Source of the DNA: Oligoflexia bacterium
GTDB lineage: Bacteria; Bdellovibrionota_G; JALEGL01
Reading direction: 5' to 3'
NCBI GenBank assembly: GCA_035326705.1
Contig: DAOLES010000004.1
Coordinates: 192,232 to 256,231, forward strand
Length of the DNA stretch: 64,000 bases
Shown here piece after piece: positions 9,362 through 19,017 of the stretch. Numbering within the stretch: the stretch's first letter is position 1; every line of letters begins with the position of its first letter. The notes below the pieces were generated by a model that saw only the letters and a list, made by a program, of their open reading frames with translations, was not told where the DNA came from and made no database searches. Both the position numbers and the translations under genes were made by a program.

Positions 9362-10048
9362 ATGGACTACAACCCGATTATGGTGGCCATGGATGTGGCT
9401 GATTTAAATGTGTTTGATGAGAATCTTGAGCGGCTTGCACCGTATGTAGGAACGTTTAAAATTGGCTTAGAGGCCATGACTCAGTTTGGCGCGCAGACTT
9501 TGGTCGATAAAATTCATAATGCCCGAAGCAGTGTATTTTTAGATGGCAAGTTTTGTGACATTCCCAACACTGTAGGTAAAGCCAGCCAAGTGGTGGCGGA
9601 TATGGGAGCGGCGTTTTTTAATGTGCACGCCAGTTGTGGTTTTAAATCCATAGAAGCAGCAGCTAAAGTTAAAGGTGAAAGCAAATTATTGGTGGTGACC
9701 GTTCTCACCAGCATGTCTGAGCAAGATAGCCAACAGATATTTTCTGGTGCTACCCAAGATAAAGTGAAGCAGTTTGCGCAAATGGCAGTGGATGCTGGCG
9801 CTGATGGTGTTGTTTGTTCTCCTTTGGAGCTGGAATTGTTCAATGCTGAGCCTGGTTTGAAAGCTCTGCTTAAAGTAACTCCGGGTATCCGTCCAGAAAG
9901 TGCCCAAAAAGATGATCAAACACGCACACTGACACCCAAGCAAGCCATAGAACAAGGCGCAGATCATTTGGTGATTGGCAGACCCATCATGCAAGCTCAA
10001 GACCCCAAGCAAGCGGCGAAAGCGATTTTAGATAGCCTTCAAGCCTAA
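9362..10048 (+). CDS. pyrF: Orotidine 5'-phosphate decarboxylase
   Basis: 'MVAMDV', 'KIGLE', and the 'DGKFCDIPNTV' OMPdecase signature. Start chosen at the ATG with an AAGGAG RBS; the ORF track's 9347 start is an alternative. Confidence 0.85.
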   Translation: MDYNPIMVAMDVADLNVFDENLERLAPYVGTFKIGLEAMTQFGAQTLVDKIHNARSSVFLDGKFCDIPNTVGKASQVVADMGAAFFNVHASCGFKSIEAAAKVKGESKLLVVTVLTSMSEQDSQQIFSGATQDKVKQFAQMAVDAGADGVVCSPLELELFNAEPGLKALLKVTPGIRPESAQKDDQTRTLTPKQAIEQGADHLVIGRPIMQAQDPKQAAKAILDSLQA

Positions 10049-10384
10049 GTATGTGCATTGGGTAGTGGGGGGCGGTTAAATTGGCAAAGGAAACCGTAAC
10101 TTACTTTTTTTAAAGAAGTAAAGTGCAAGAGCATGTAAAAAACTACTGAACTAGCTATAGTCAGGTTAAAAGTCTACCCAACACTAAACTGAAAAAACAA
10201 GTGAAATCATAGACCAACGTTAAAAATAAGGGCATAAAAAGTGAAGGGTTTGGTGCAACAAAAGCTTGCGTTTTGGGTTTATGTATGTAATATTCCTGCT
10301 CTGAAAATAAAAAAGTGTATACATTTAAGTAGGTTAGCAAAAAAACAAACCTACACAGATTGAATAAAATAAGGATTAATAACC

Positions 10385-10639
10385 GTGGAAAAAACAAAAA
10401 TTATTGAAAAATTCAAGCAACATGAGGGTGATACGGGTTCACCAGAAGTGCAAGTGGCACTTTTAACCGATAGAATTTCACATTTAACAGAACATTTTAA
10501 AACCCATAAAAAAGACAACCACTCACGACGTGGTCTATTGAAAATGGTGGGTAACCGCAGAAGTTTGTTGGATTATCTCAAAAAAACCAACGTAGATCGT
10601 TATAAAAAATTGATCAAAGATCTTGGTTTAAGAAAGTAG
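10385..10639 (+). CDS. rpsO: 30S ribosomal protein S15
   Basis: Full-length S15 match (GTG start); '[21 protein letters not shown]...[12 protein letters not shown]'. Confidence 0.9.
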   Translation: MEKTKIIEKFKQHEGDTGSPEVQVALLTDRISHLTEHFKTHKKDNHSRRGLLKMVGNRRSLLDYLKKTNVDRYKKLIKDLGLRK

Positions 10640-10666
10640 ATTACTGCTTTTTTAAACAGTTTTCTT

Positions 10667-10692
10667 ATGTGCGGATTGATAAAACCGCACAT
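10667..10692 (+). terminator. Hairpin after rpsO (ATGTGCGG-N10-CCGCACAT) with a weak U-tract; probable partial terminator or processing site between rpsO and pnp
   Basis: 8-bp perfect stem directly after the rpsO stop. Confidence 0.4.
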
Positions 10693-10785
10693 ATTCTCTC
10701 TGCATACGCTACTAAATGATACACCTTCTTATTTTCACAAAAAACTAACTATTAATTAATAAACCTATCAAAATTATATGGTTCT

Positions 10786-10875
10786 GGGAGAGAGGCCTTG
10801 TGCCGCATCTCCCCTGGGTGGGTTGAATCGATCAAAAACGACGCTTTTTGATCGAGAAGGGGGGAAGCTCCCCCC
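10786..10875 (+). promoter_or_regulatory. pnp 5' leader with three stem-loops; candidate RNase III processing/autoregulation site
   Basis: Stems seen: GGGAGA...TCTCCC; an 11-bp perfect stem TCGATCAAAAA-cgacgc-TTTTTGATCGA; and GGGGGGA-agc-TCCCCCC. They lie immediately upstream of the pnp RBS. Confidence 0.55.
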
Positions 10876-10907
10876 TTAGAGAAAAGAACCAGAGGAGAAA
10901 TAATAGA

Positions 10908-13100
10908 ATGATTAAAAAAACAATCGAATTTCATGGAGAGACCCTCAGTATTGAAGTGGGTAGAATGGCCAAGCAAGCCAATGGCTCTGCATTTATTCAG
11001 TATGGTGAAACCGCGGTATTGGTCACCGCAACCTGTGGTAAAAAAAATAAAGAAGGTATAGATTTCTTACCTCTATCTATTGAGTATATTGAAAAAATGT
11101 CTGCGGCAGGAAAGATTCCTGGCGGCTTTTTTAAACGTGAAGGCCGTCAATCTGAGCGTGAAATTTTAACCTCACGTTTAACCGACCGTCCAATTAGACC
11201 TTTGTTCCCAAAAGGTTACGCGCGTGAAACCCAAGTGATTACCAGTGTTTTATCCTATGACGGGGTGAATGATCCGGATGTGTTATCTTTGTTGGGTGCG
11301 TCTACAGCTTTGGCCGTGTCTGATATTCCTTTTGCTGGACCGGTTGCGGCAGTGAGAGTGGGCCGTATCAATGGTGAACATATTTGTAATCCATCGCATG
11401 AGCAAATTGAGCAATCAGACCTAGAGTTGGTGGTTGCCGGTAGTAAAGATGCTGTGGTGATGGTTGAAGGTGAAGCAGATATTGTTCCTGAAGCTGAACT
11501 GTTGGCAGCTATCAAGTTTGGGCATGAGAGCTTACAACCTTTGTTGCAAATTCAAGAAGAAGTGCAAAAAGAAATAGGGAAAATCAAATTTGAAGTTGTT
11601 GCGCCTGAAAATAAAGTTGAAGAATTGATGGCTTGGGTTGAAGAGAATCGGGGCACAAAATTAAGAGAAATTTTAACCATTAAAGAAAAAATTGAGCGTT
11701 ATACCGCTTTATCTGTATTTAAAGATGAGGTTATGGACGTTGCTTGTGCTGAAGGAGCGGTGTTTGAAGGTTGTCAAGCAGACGCTGCCAGCGCCATTGA
11801 TAAAATGATATCCAATCATATGCGCAGCAATGTTTTGGAAAATAAGATTCGTTTGGATGAAAGAAAACCAAGCGAAATCAGAGCAATTACTGCAGAAGTG
11901 GGTGTTTTACCCAGAACGCACGGTTCAGCATTGTTTACCCGTGGTGAGACGCAAGCTTTGGTGAGCACCACTTTAGGTACCAGTGAAGATGAACAGATTG
12001 TAGATACTTTGATTAGCAACGCGCGTGAGCGTTTCTTGTTGCATTACAACTTCCCTCCATTTTGTGTGGGTGAAACCAAACCTTTAAGAGGTCCAGCCAG
12101 ACGTGAAATTGGCCATGGTTTCTTAGCCCGCAAAGCGGTGGAAAAAGTCTTACCAACAAAAGAAGAGTTTCCGTATACCATTAGAGTATTGTCTGATGTT
12201 CTTGAGTCACATGGCTCTTCATCTATGGCAACAGTCTGTGGCGCAACTTTATCCATGATGGATGCAGGTGTGAATATTAAAGCTCCTGTGGCAGGGATCG
12301 CTATGGGCTTGGTTAAAAAAGATGATAACTTTGTTGTTTTATCTGATATTTCAGGTGATGAAGATCATATTGGTGATATGGATTTTAAAGTGGCTGGAAC
12401 CAAAGACGGAGTTACAGCGGTACAAATGGATATTAAAATTGATGGGATCAGTTGGGATATCATGGAGCAAGCCTTGCAACAGGCTAAAGAAGGTCGTTTG
12501 CATATTTTAGACAAAATGCAAGAGGGCTTGGGTGAAACCCGTGGTGATTTATCTGCACATGCTCCGCGTATTGAAACCATTCAAATTAAACCAGATAAGA
12601 TCAGAGACGTGATTGGTACCGGTGGTAAAGTGATTCGTGGTATTGTTGAGGAAAGTGGTGCTAAAGTTGAAGTCAATGATGATGGTATTGTCAAAATAGC
12701 TTCTTCTGACAAAGCTTCTTTGGAAAAAGCCATGCAAATGGTTAAAGACATTGTTGCTGAAGCAGAGATTGGTAAAATTTATAAAGGTAAAGTCACCAAA
12801 GTCATGGACTACGGTGCCTTTGTAGAAATTTTACCTGGCAAAGAAGGCTTATGTCATATCAGTGAATTCTTAACCACGGAACCTATTGAAGATGCGTCAG
12901 AAGTGGTGAGTGAAGGTGATGAAATTGAAGTTAAAGTTTTAGACGTTGAAGGCAATAACCGAATTAAACTTTCTCACCGTGAAGTTTTAGAGCCAGGTTC
13001 ATCTGACCATGTTCCAGGTTCTGGCAGAGACAGAAAACGCACTAGTGGTGGTGGCAGAGGCCGTGGCCGTAGTGGGCGTGACAGTCGTCCTAGACGTTAA
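10908..13100 (+). CDS. pnp: Polynucleotide phosphorylase (PNPase) with an unusual Arg/Gly-rich C-terminal tail
   Basis: Two RNase PH domains, KH and S1 domains; start at the ATG after the AGGAG RBS. C-terminus: '...GSGRDRKRTSGGGRGRGRSGRDSRPRR'. Confidence 0.9.
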   Translation: MIKKTIEFHGETLSIEVGRMAKQANGSAFIQYGETAVLVTATCGKKNKEGIDFLPLSIEYIEKMSAAGKIPGGFFKREGRQSEREILTSRLTDRPIRPLFPKGYARETQVITSVLSYDGVNDPDVLSLLGASTALAVSDIPFAGPVAAVRVGRINGEHICNPSHEQIEQSDLELVVAGSKDAVVMVEGEADIVPEAELLAAIKFGHESLQPLLQIQEEVQKEIGKIKFEVVAPENKVEELMAWVEENRGTKLREILTIKEKIERYTALSVFKDEVMDVACAEGAVFEGCQADAASAIDKMISNHMRSNVLENKIRLDERKPSEIRAITAEVGVLPRTHGSALFTRGETQALVSTTLGTSEDEQIVDTLISNARERFLLHYNFPPFCVGETKPLRGPARREIGHGFLARKAVEKVLPTKEEFPYTIRVLSDVLESHGSSSMATVCGATLSMMDAGVNIKAPVAGIAMGLVKKDDNFVVLSDISGDEDHIGDMDFKVAGTKDGVTAVQMDIKIDGISWDIMEQALQQAKEGRLHILDKMQEGLGETRGDLSAHAPRIETIQIKPDKIRDVIGTGGKVIRGIVEESGAKVEVNDDGIVKIASSDKASLEKAMQMVKDIVAEAEIGKIYKGKVTKVMDYGAFVEILPGKEGLCHISEFLTTEPIEDASEVVSEGDEIEVKVLDVEGNNRIKLSHREVLEPGSSDHVPGSGRDRKRTSGGGRGRGRSGRDSRPRR

Positions 13101-13126
13101 GTCATTTCTAATAAAACCATTTGTTT

Positions 13127-13164
13127 GAGGGCAGAGCGGATTATGCTTGCCCTCAAGCTTTTTT
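13127..13164 (+). terminator. Rho-independent terminator after pnp
   Basis: GAGGGCA-N14-TGCCCTC followed by aagCTTTTTTg. Confidence 0.7.
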
Positions 13165-13311
13165 GACTGGTAAAACAAGCTGTTCTAATATTATTTAAGT
13201 TCAAATATAGTCTGACAGTTTTTAAAAACTATCCAGTTATGCAAAATATAAAAATAAACCTTAAGGTTTATAGAATTACCTTATCATCGGATACTATGCT
13301 AGGCTTGATGA

Positions 13312-14490
13312 ATGAATCTATGTTTAATCTGTAAGTCTAACAACACCCGTCAAGTCTTTGCTAGCCGGGTTTCTGTCACCTCCTGTTCCAAACCCATAGA
13401 GAAAAAAGTAGATGTTTTTTACTGTGAAGTCTGTGATTATGTTTTTAGTCCCAGTCAGCAGATAGACCCTGACTTTTATGAAAAAGAATATGACTTGTTG
13501 ATGCAAGATGGTCAGAGTGAGTTTGTGGTGTTTAATCAGGGACAAGCCAAAACACTTTTTGATTCAGTTTTGGATTTTCTTTTTGAGCACATAGATCCTA
13601 AAAATATTCAGAGGGCGAAAAAAATTTTGGAAGTAGGAACCGGCAAGGGCTTGTTGCTCAAACGTTTGCAAGAAAAGCTAACAGTAAAGCATTCTGAGTT
13701 TAAGGTATATGCGGTTGAGCCCAATAAAAAAAGTGAACCCTTTCTTAAAGATAATTTAAAAGATGCCAATATCAGTATTTCATTGCTAGAAGATGCGCCG
13801 TTTTTTAAGGAGGACTTTGATCTTGTTTTAAGTCATGGGGTGCTTGAACATGTAGGTGATCCAGTTCATTTTTTACAATCTGTTCATGCTTGTATGCGAG
13901 ATGAAACGCTCTTGTATATTGGGGTTCCCAATTTTGATTTAAATCCAACGGATATTATTACTTATGATCATCTGTCAAAATTTACGCCCTTGTCTATAAA
14001 TAATCTGTTTAAAAAATGCGGTTTAGAAGTTGTGGCAAACAATGTAGAAGAAAAAAAATTGTTTATGTTTTTTTTGTTAAAAAAATCTCAAGCCAATTCT
14101 AAAATTGAAGAGCAAGCTTCTGATGTTAAGAGCCAATCTTTGCAGTCTGTAAAAAAAGTTGAACAAATGATTAGTCATTTTCAATCAGCATATACTTTGG
14201 CACAGGAAACCCATAAACCTTTTGTATTTTACGGAGCCGGAAACATTGGATTGTTTTCATTAAAAAAATACAACATTCCTGTTTCTCAAGTTGCTGGCAT
14301 TTATGATGATAACCCTACGTTTTGGAATAGCAAAAGATACAATATTACAGTGCGTAATCCAATAGAACTCAATCAGGAACCAGAGGGAACAGTGATTTAT
14401 ATATCAGCAAACCCACTGTATGTTCCTGAAATAAAAAATAAAATCCAACAAAAACATGGTAAAAAATTTAGAGTTTTTCCAAGGGAATGA
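13312..14490 (+). CDS. Class I SAM-dependent methyltransferase with an N-terminal Zn-ribbon; C-methyltransferase-like three-domain architecture
   Basis: CxxC...CxxC zinc ribbon ('CLICKS...CEVCDY'). SAM motif I 'ILEVGTGKG'. A C-terminal extension resembling sugar C-methyltransferase C-terminal domains. Confidence 0.55.
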   Translation: MNLCLICKSNNTRQVFASRVSVTSCSKPIEKKVDVFYCEVCDYVFSPSQQIDPDFYEKEYDLLMQDGQSEFVVFNQGQAKTLFDSVLDFLFEHIDPKNIQRAKKILEVGTGKGLLLKRLQEKLTVKHSEFKVYAVEPNKKSEPFLKDNLKDANISISLLEDAPFFKEDFDLVLSHGVLEHVGDPVHFLQSVHACMRDETLLYIGVPNFDLNPTDIITYDHLSKFTPLSINNLFKKCGLEVVANNVEEKKLFMFFLLKKSQANSKIEEQASDVKSQSLQSVKKVEQMISHFQSAYTLAQETHKPFVFYGAGNIGLFSLKKYNIPVSQVAGIYDDNPTFWNSKRYNITVRNPIELNQEPEGTVIYISANPLYVPEIKNKIQQKHGKKFRVFPRE

Positions 14491-14530
14491 ATCTTACGCG
14501 GCTAAGCTTATAAATCTAAAAACCAAGCAT

Positions 14531-14866
14531 TTAAAAAATTTTATAAACTATAAAGTTATCGTTTTTTAAACAAATAGGGGTCTGAGTACTTGATAACAAT
14601 TGATCATTGTTTCCCATTTGATGGCTTTGAATAATTCTGTACTGGCCGTTAAAATTTTCTTTATCACACAGAAATTCTAAATTGTAGCCGTCTAAAATAG
14701 AGTAAGTGCATTCAGTAAGGGTATAAAGCAAAGAAGATTGAATGTGTTGAACACTGTTATGAGAAATATAGCGAGCCCCTTCAATTTTAGGGCAAGATTG
14801 AGCATATGATACATTAGACAAATAAATAGCAGCGAACAACAAAACCATTATCTTTTTCATCAGCAA
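14531..14866 (-). CDS. Small secreted hypothetical protein (Cys-containing)
   Basis: Signal peptide 'MKKIMVLLFAAIYLSNVSYAQS'. Confidence 0.4.
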   Translation of the reverse strand: MLMKKIMVLLFAAIYLSNVSYAQSCPKIEGARYISHNSVQHIQSSLLYTLTECTYSILDGYNLEFLCDKENFNGQYRIIQSHQMGNNDQLLSSTQTPICLKNDNFIVYKIF

Positions 14867-14914
14867 AATTTAACAAAAAACAATACATAACGCAACGCAT
14901 GTTTTTCAATTGAT

Positions 14915-16822
14915 TTATGCTAAAATTAAATCAATAAATGCGCCTTTGAGGTTGATTTTAGCCAGTTTGACACGGTAGGTGTCCCCGAGTTTTATTTTAT
15001 GACCATTGCGTCGGTTTTGGAACATCATTTCTTTTTCAAAAAAATCAAAAAAACCTTTTTTAAAATCTTTAATGGCTAAAAAACCTTCTATGGGCACTTG
15101 TTCAAATTTCATAAATAAACCACGACTATTCATGCCTACAACGTATGCTTTATAAACTTTACCAACTTTATCATACAAAAAACGTGCAGATTTTCTTTGA
15201 TACATGTCTCGCTCTGCTTTTTGTGCCACACGTTCTTGCGCTGATATGTGCACACAAACATTTTCAAGCGTGTTAAATTTTTGAGGGAAAACATGAGCGG
15301 TGTCTTTATTATGAAGATGGTTTTTAATAATTCTGTGTACAAGTAAGTCTGAGTAACGCCGAATAGGGGAGGTGAAATGTAAGTAGTGGCTAAAACCTAA
15401 CCCATAATGACCACTGTTGTTTACGGAATAAAAAGCTTGTGACATGGCCCTTAGGGCCCAGGATTTAAAAACTTCAGATAAAGGGCTGTCATCCAAACTG
15501 CTTAAGAATGCATTAAATTCATGTGGGTTGGAAATGCCAAAGTCTCGTGGAAGTTTGTAATTGTAAGTTTGTAAAAGATGGATCAAGTCTTCAACTTTAA
15601 TGGCCTCTGGTTGTGGATGCACACGATATACTGCCATATCTTGGGTGACATCTTGTGAAAGTTTTTCTAAATAATGAGCCATACAAACATTGCTGCACAA
15701 CATACATTCTTCAATCAGTTGTCTCGCTAAAGTTTGTTTTTTTTCTGCTATATGCGTAGGTGCAAAGTTTTTATCTACATGAATCACATGATCTTTTAAG
15801 TCAAAGTCAATGGAGCCTTCTTCAAATCTTAATGCCCGCATGTGTTGGGTTAAGGTTTTTAAGGCAGTTAACATTTTTCCGGTTTCTGCATGTGCAAAAG
15901 GAACAGCAGTGTTGGGTGCATCAAAATAATCATCCACTTGATCATAGGTTAAGCGTTCTTTAGACTGTATGATGCCTTCATAAAGATCAAAGTGATCAAC
16001 ACGGTTATCAACATTAAATTTTATTTTTAGCACCATGGCATATTTATCTTCTTTTGGACGTAAGCTGCAGAGCATATTGGATAGAAGTTCGGGTAACATA
16101 GGTATAACCATGTTAGGAAAATAAAAACTATTGCCACGAAAAGCAGCCTCTTTATCTAAAGCTGAATTGGCATGAACATAATGCGCAACATCCGCTATGG
16201 CTACATATAAATATTTTCCGTCAAAACATACAGCATCATCAAAGTCTTTTGCATCAGCACCGTCAATGGTAACAAAGTTTAAATCCCTAAAATCTTTACG
16301 TTGTTTTGAAACTTTAATGCTTTGGTCTAAAAGATCTAACTCGTCATGAATTTTTTCTGAAAAAAATGGGCTAAGTTTGTTTTCTGCCATAATAATTTTA
16401 TGGTCGGTGGCTGGGTCATGAATAGAGCCCAGTAGATTGATTTTTTGAGCAATAAAAAAAGGGCGTCCCTTGACCACTTTTTTTTCAATATCAATGTGAT
16501 AAATATCATCAGAGTTGATTTTTTTAGGGAGTTCAACTCGTTGTGAAAGATGTAAACGTAAGGCTTGACGTTTTTTTAATGGGAAAAAAATAAATGTATT
16601 GTTTCGTTGGTTGCTTAAGCTGCCAATAAGCTGGTCTTCTAGGGGTTTAACAGTGGCATGTGCCATGTGTTTGCTTATGGGTTTATCAAGAGGATGTTTT
16701 TTATATGTCCTTTTGCTTTTTTTACTGGCTTTAGAGCTGCTATTTTCTGGGTTTTTTAATGCAATATAGGTATCACGCTTACTCACAGTGAGGTATCCTT
16801 CACGTTCAAATTGAAAAAGCAA
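14915..16822 (-). CDS. rnr: RNase R / RNase II family 3'-5' exoribonuclease (RNB domain)
   Basis: RNB catalytic motif 'VTIDGADAKDFDDAV' plus a C-terminal S1-like domain; the N-terminus is basic. Confidence 0.8.
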   Translation of the reverse strand: MLFQFEREGYLTVSKRDTYIALKNPENSSSKASKKSKRTYKKHPLDKPISKHMAHATVKPLEDQLIGSLSNQRNNTFIFFPLKKRQALRLHLSQRVELPKKINSDDIYHIDIEKKVVKGRPFFIAQKINLLGSIHDPATDHKIIMAENKLSPFFSEKIHDELDLLDQSIKVSKQRKDFRDLNFVTIDGADAKDFDDAVCFDGKYLYVAIADVAHYVHANSALDKEAAFRGNSFYFPNMVIPMLPELLSNMLCSLRPKEDKYAMVLKIKFNVDNRVDHFDLYEGIIQSKERLTYDQVDDYFDAPNTAVPFAHAETGKMLTALKTLTQHMRALRFEEGSIDFDLKDHVIHVDKNFAPTHIAEKKQTLARQLIEECMLCSNVCMAHYLEKLSQDVTQDMAVYRVHPQPEAIKVEDLIHLLQTYNYKLPRDFGISNPHEFNAFLSSLDDSPLSEVFKSWALRAMSQAFYSVNNSGHYGLGFSHYLHFTSPIRRYSDLLVHRIIKNHLHNKDTAHVFPQKFNTLENVCVHISAQERVAQKAERDMYQRKSARFLYDKVGKVYKAYVVGMNSRGLFMKFEQVPIEGFLAIKDFKKGFFDFFEKEMMFQNRRNGHKIKLGDTYRVKLAKINLKGAFIDLILA

Positions 16823-17050
16823 AGCCTTTATTTTTTTACGTAAACTACCACGCGCTTTCCAGGACCTGCAAATTTGACTATAGGTTTGTGGCCGGTATTC
16901 GGGGTCTTGGAAGTAAGCTAGAAAATTTTTTTTATTCAGTGGCGGAATAAGAAATCCCTTGTTTAAAGATTATATATTTTACAGTAAATCTGTCTGTTTC
17001 ATATTCATTATAACAGCAATAACAAACATTGGAACTTTAAAAAACATGTC

Positions 17051-17079
17051 ATATCAAAAGGTAGGCCGTATCTTTTGAT
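17051..17079 (+). repeat. REP-like hairpin (tatcaaaag-gtaggccgtat-cttttgata); same family as the hairpins flanking the RAYT at 38.98/39.69 kb
   Basis: 9-bp stem, 11-nt loop. Stem core TCAAAAG/CTTTTGA and the GGCC-centred loop are shared with the two RAYT-flanking hairpins. Confidence 0.55.
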
Positions 17080-17098
17080 AGTGATATACTTGATTTGT

Positions 17099-18262
17099 AT
17101 GCGTAATAAAAAATTTATTGCTGTGGGTAGTCAAACAGTTGATAATGAAGATGTGGCCTATGTCTCGGCTATGCTCAAAGATGATTTTCTAACGCAAGGT
17201 CCGCAAGTTGAGAAATTTGAACAAAGCTTGTCCAGTTTTTTACAGGCGCCTTATGTTAGCGCTATGTCCAGTGGGAGTGCAGCTTTACACATTGCCTGTA
17301 AAGTTTTTGGCTGCGATCAAGACACGATCTTGTATTCTTCACCCATCACTTTTGTTGCAAGTCAAAATGCTGCCCTGCACTTTGGGGCAAAAAACCAATT
17401 CATTGATGTTAATCCTTCTACAGGAAATATGGATATAACGGCTTTAGAGCAAACCTTGGCACAAAGTAAAGCTAAAAACAAAATCATTATGCCCGTTCAT
17501 TTTGCAGGTTTGGCTTGTGATTTAGATGAGATTAATGCTTTGGCAAAGCATTATGATGCAAAGGTCATAGAAGATGCTTCACACGCTTTGGGAGCAAAGT
17601 ATAAAGGGAAATTTATTGGAGCGACTCACGCTGAGCATTTGGTAACTTTAAGTTTTCACCCCTTAAAGCATATCACTACGGCAGAAGGAGGGGCTGTTAC
17701 TTGTATGGATTCAGAGCAGTTGCAACAATGCAACTTGTATCGCAGCCATGGTATTGATAAAAATATACAAACCATAGAAGATCAAAAAGGCAAACTGTGG
17801 CACCATGAGATGCATGTTTTAGGCTTTAATTATAGAATGTCAGAGATACATGCAGCTTTGGGTGTAAGCCAAATCAAAAAGTTGCCAACTTTTTTAGAAA
17901 AAAGAAAAAATATGGCTTCTGTGTATTCCAACCAATTAAAAGAAGTTGACTGTCATTTGCCCAGCACTGAAGCGGATAAAGAGCACGCGTGGTTGCTGTA
18001 CATGATCCAAGTTGATTTTAAATCTCGCAAGCTTGATAAGAATGACTTTATGTTAGCATTAAGAGAAAAAGGTATTGGCTCGCAAGTGCATAACATACCT
18101 GTCTATAGGCAGCCATACTTTATAAAACTATATGGTGAACAACGGCATAAGTTTCCTGGGGCAGAAAAGTTTTTTGAGCAAACTTTATCTATCCCTTTGC
18201 ATCCTGGTTTGACCGAAGAAGATCAGGCTTATGTGGTTAAAACGTTAAAAGAGTTATTGTAG
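17099..18262 (+). CDS. DegT/DnrJ/EryC1/StrS-family PLP-dependent sugar aminotransferase (PseC-like)
   Basis: 'DDFLTQGPQVEKFE', 'SSGSAALHIA', and the PLP-lysine context 'SFHPLKHITTAEGGAV'. Confidence 0.8.
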   Translation: MRNKKFIAVGSQTVDNEDVAYVSAMLKDDFLTQGPQVEKFEQSLSSFLQAPYVSAMSSGSAALHIACKVFGCDQDTILYSSPITFVASQNAALHFGAKNQFIDVNPSTGNMDITALEQTLAQSKAKNKIIMPVHFAGLACDLDEINALAKHYDAKVIEDASHALGAKYKGKFIGATHAEHLVTLSFHPLKHITTAEGGAVTCMDSEQLQQCNLYRSHGIDKNIQTIEDQKGKLWHHEMHVLGFNYRMSEIHAALGVSQIKKLPTFLEKRKNMASVYSNQLKEVDCHLPSTEADKEHAWLLYMIQVDFKSRKLDKNDFMLALREKGIGSQVHNIPVYRQPYFIKLYGEQRHKFPGAEKFFEQTLSIPLHPGLTEEDQAYVVKTLKELL

Positions 18263-18414
18263 AGACTATGCTAAGTTAAAAATTATTTGCAAAATTTAGA
18301 GAGAAAACCCGATCAGTCAAATGGCATGAAAACTTTTTTAAGCATAATGGAGGGTTTGGATTGTTGGTGTTTCAAAAACTTGCATAAGTTTGGCTCTGCG
18401 CCTATACATAGGAC

Positions 18415-19008
18415 ATGATGAAAAAAGTATATGTTGTTTTGAGTTTAACATTAATGGGAGCATTGTCATCTTGTGGGATTCAAGCGATTCCTATGGCCAA
18501 GAATGAAGTGGATGCCACTTTGTCTGAAGTGACCAATCAGTACCAACGTAGAGCAGATTTGATTCCAAACTTGGTCAAAACCGTTAAAGCTTATGCTGAG
18601 CATGAACAAGAAACTTTAGAGGCCGTGGTTAATGCTAGAGCCAAAGCCACCAGTATGAATATTGATCCCAGTAAAGCAACCCCAGAACAATTAGAATCCT
18701 TTGCCAATGCGCAAGGAGGACTCAGTCAGGCTTTGGGCCGTTTGTTGTTGGTTGCTGAGCAATATCCCAATCTAAAAGCCGATCAAAATTTTAGAGACTT
18801 GCAAGCTCAGTTGGAGGGGACGGAAAATAGAATTACCGTGGCCCGCAACCGACACATTGAAGCCGTCAAACACTTTAACAACCAAATTACGGTTCCACCC
18901 AGCAGTTGGGTGAATAGCTTGTTTTACAAGTTCAGCAAAATGCCACAGTGGACCAGCACAACAAAAACGCCGGAGCAACTTGAAACAGCACCAGCAGTGG
19001 AGTTTTAA
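18415..19008 (+). CDS. lemA: LemA family protein
   Basis: N-terminal lipoprotein/TM signal followed by a LemA domain ('QYQRRADLIPNLVKTVKAYAEHEQETLEAVVNARA'). Confidence 0.8.
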   Translation: MMKKVYVVLSLTLMGALSSCGIQAIPMAKNEVDATLSEVTNQYQRRADLIPNLVKTVKAYAEHEQETLEAVVNARAKATSMNIDPSKATPEQLESFANAQGGLSQALGRLLLVAEQYPNLKADQNFRDLQAQLEGTENRITVARNRHIEAVKHFNNQITVPPSSWVNSLFYKFSKMPQWTSTTKTPEQLETAPAVEF

Positions 19009-19017
19009 ATTAGCGTC

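Noticed and set aside
10161-10397. 78-aa minus-strand ORF upstream of rpsO
   Set aside because: It is AT-rich and hydrophobic by composition. It overlaps the rpsO promoter and start and has no RBS or homology, so it is likely non-coding leader.
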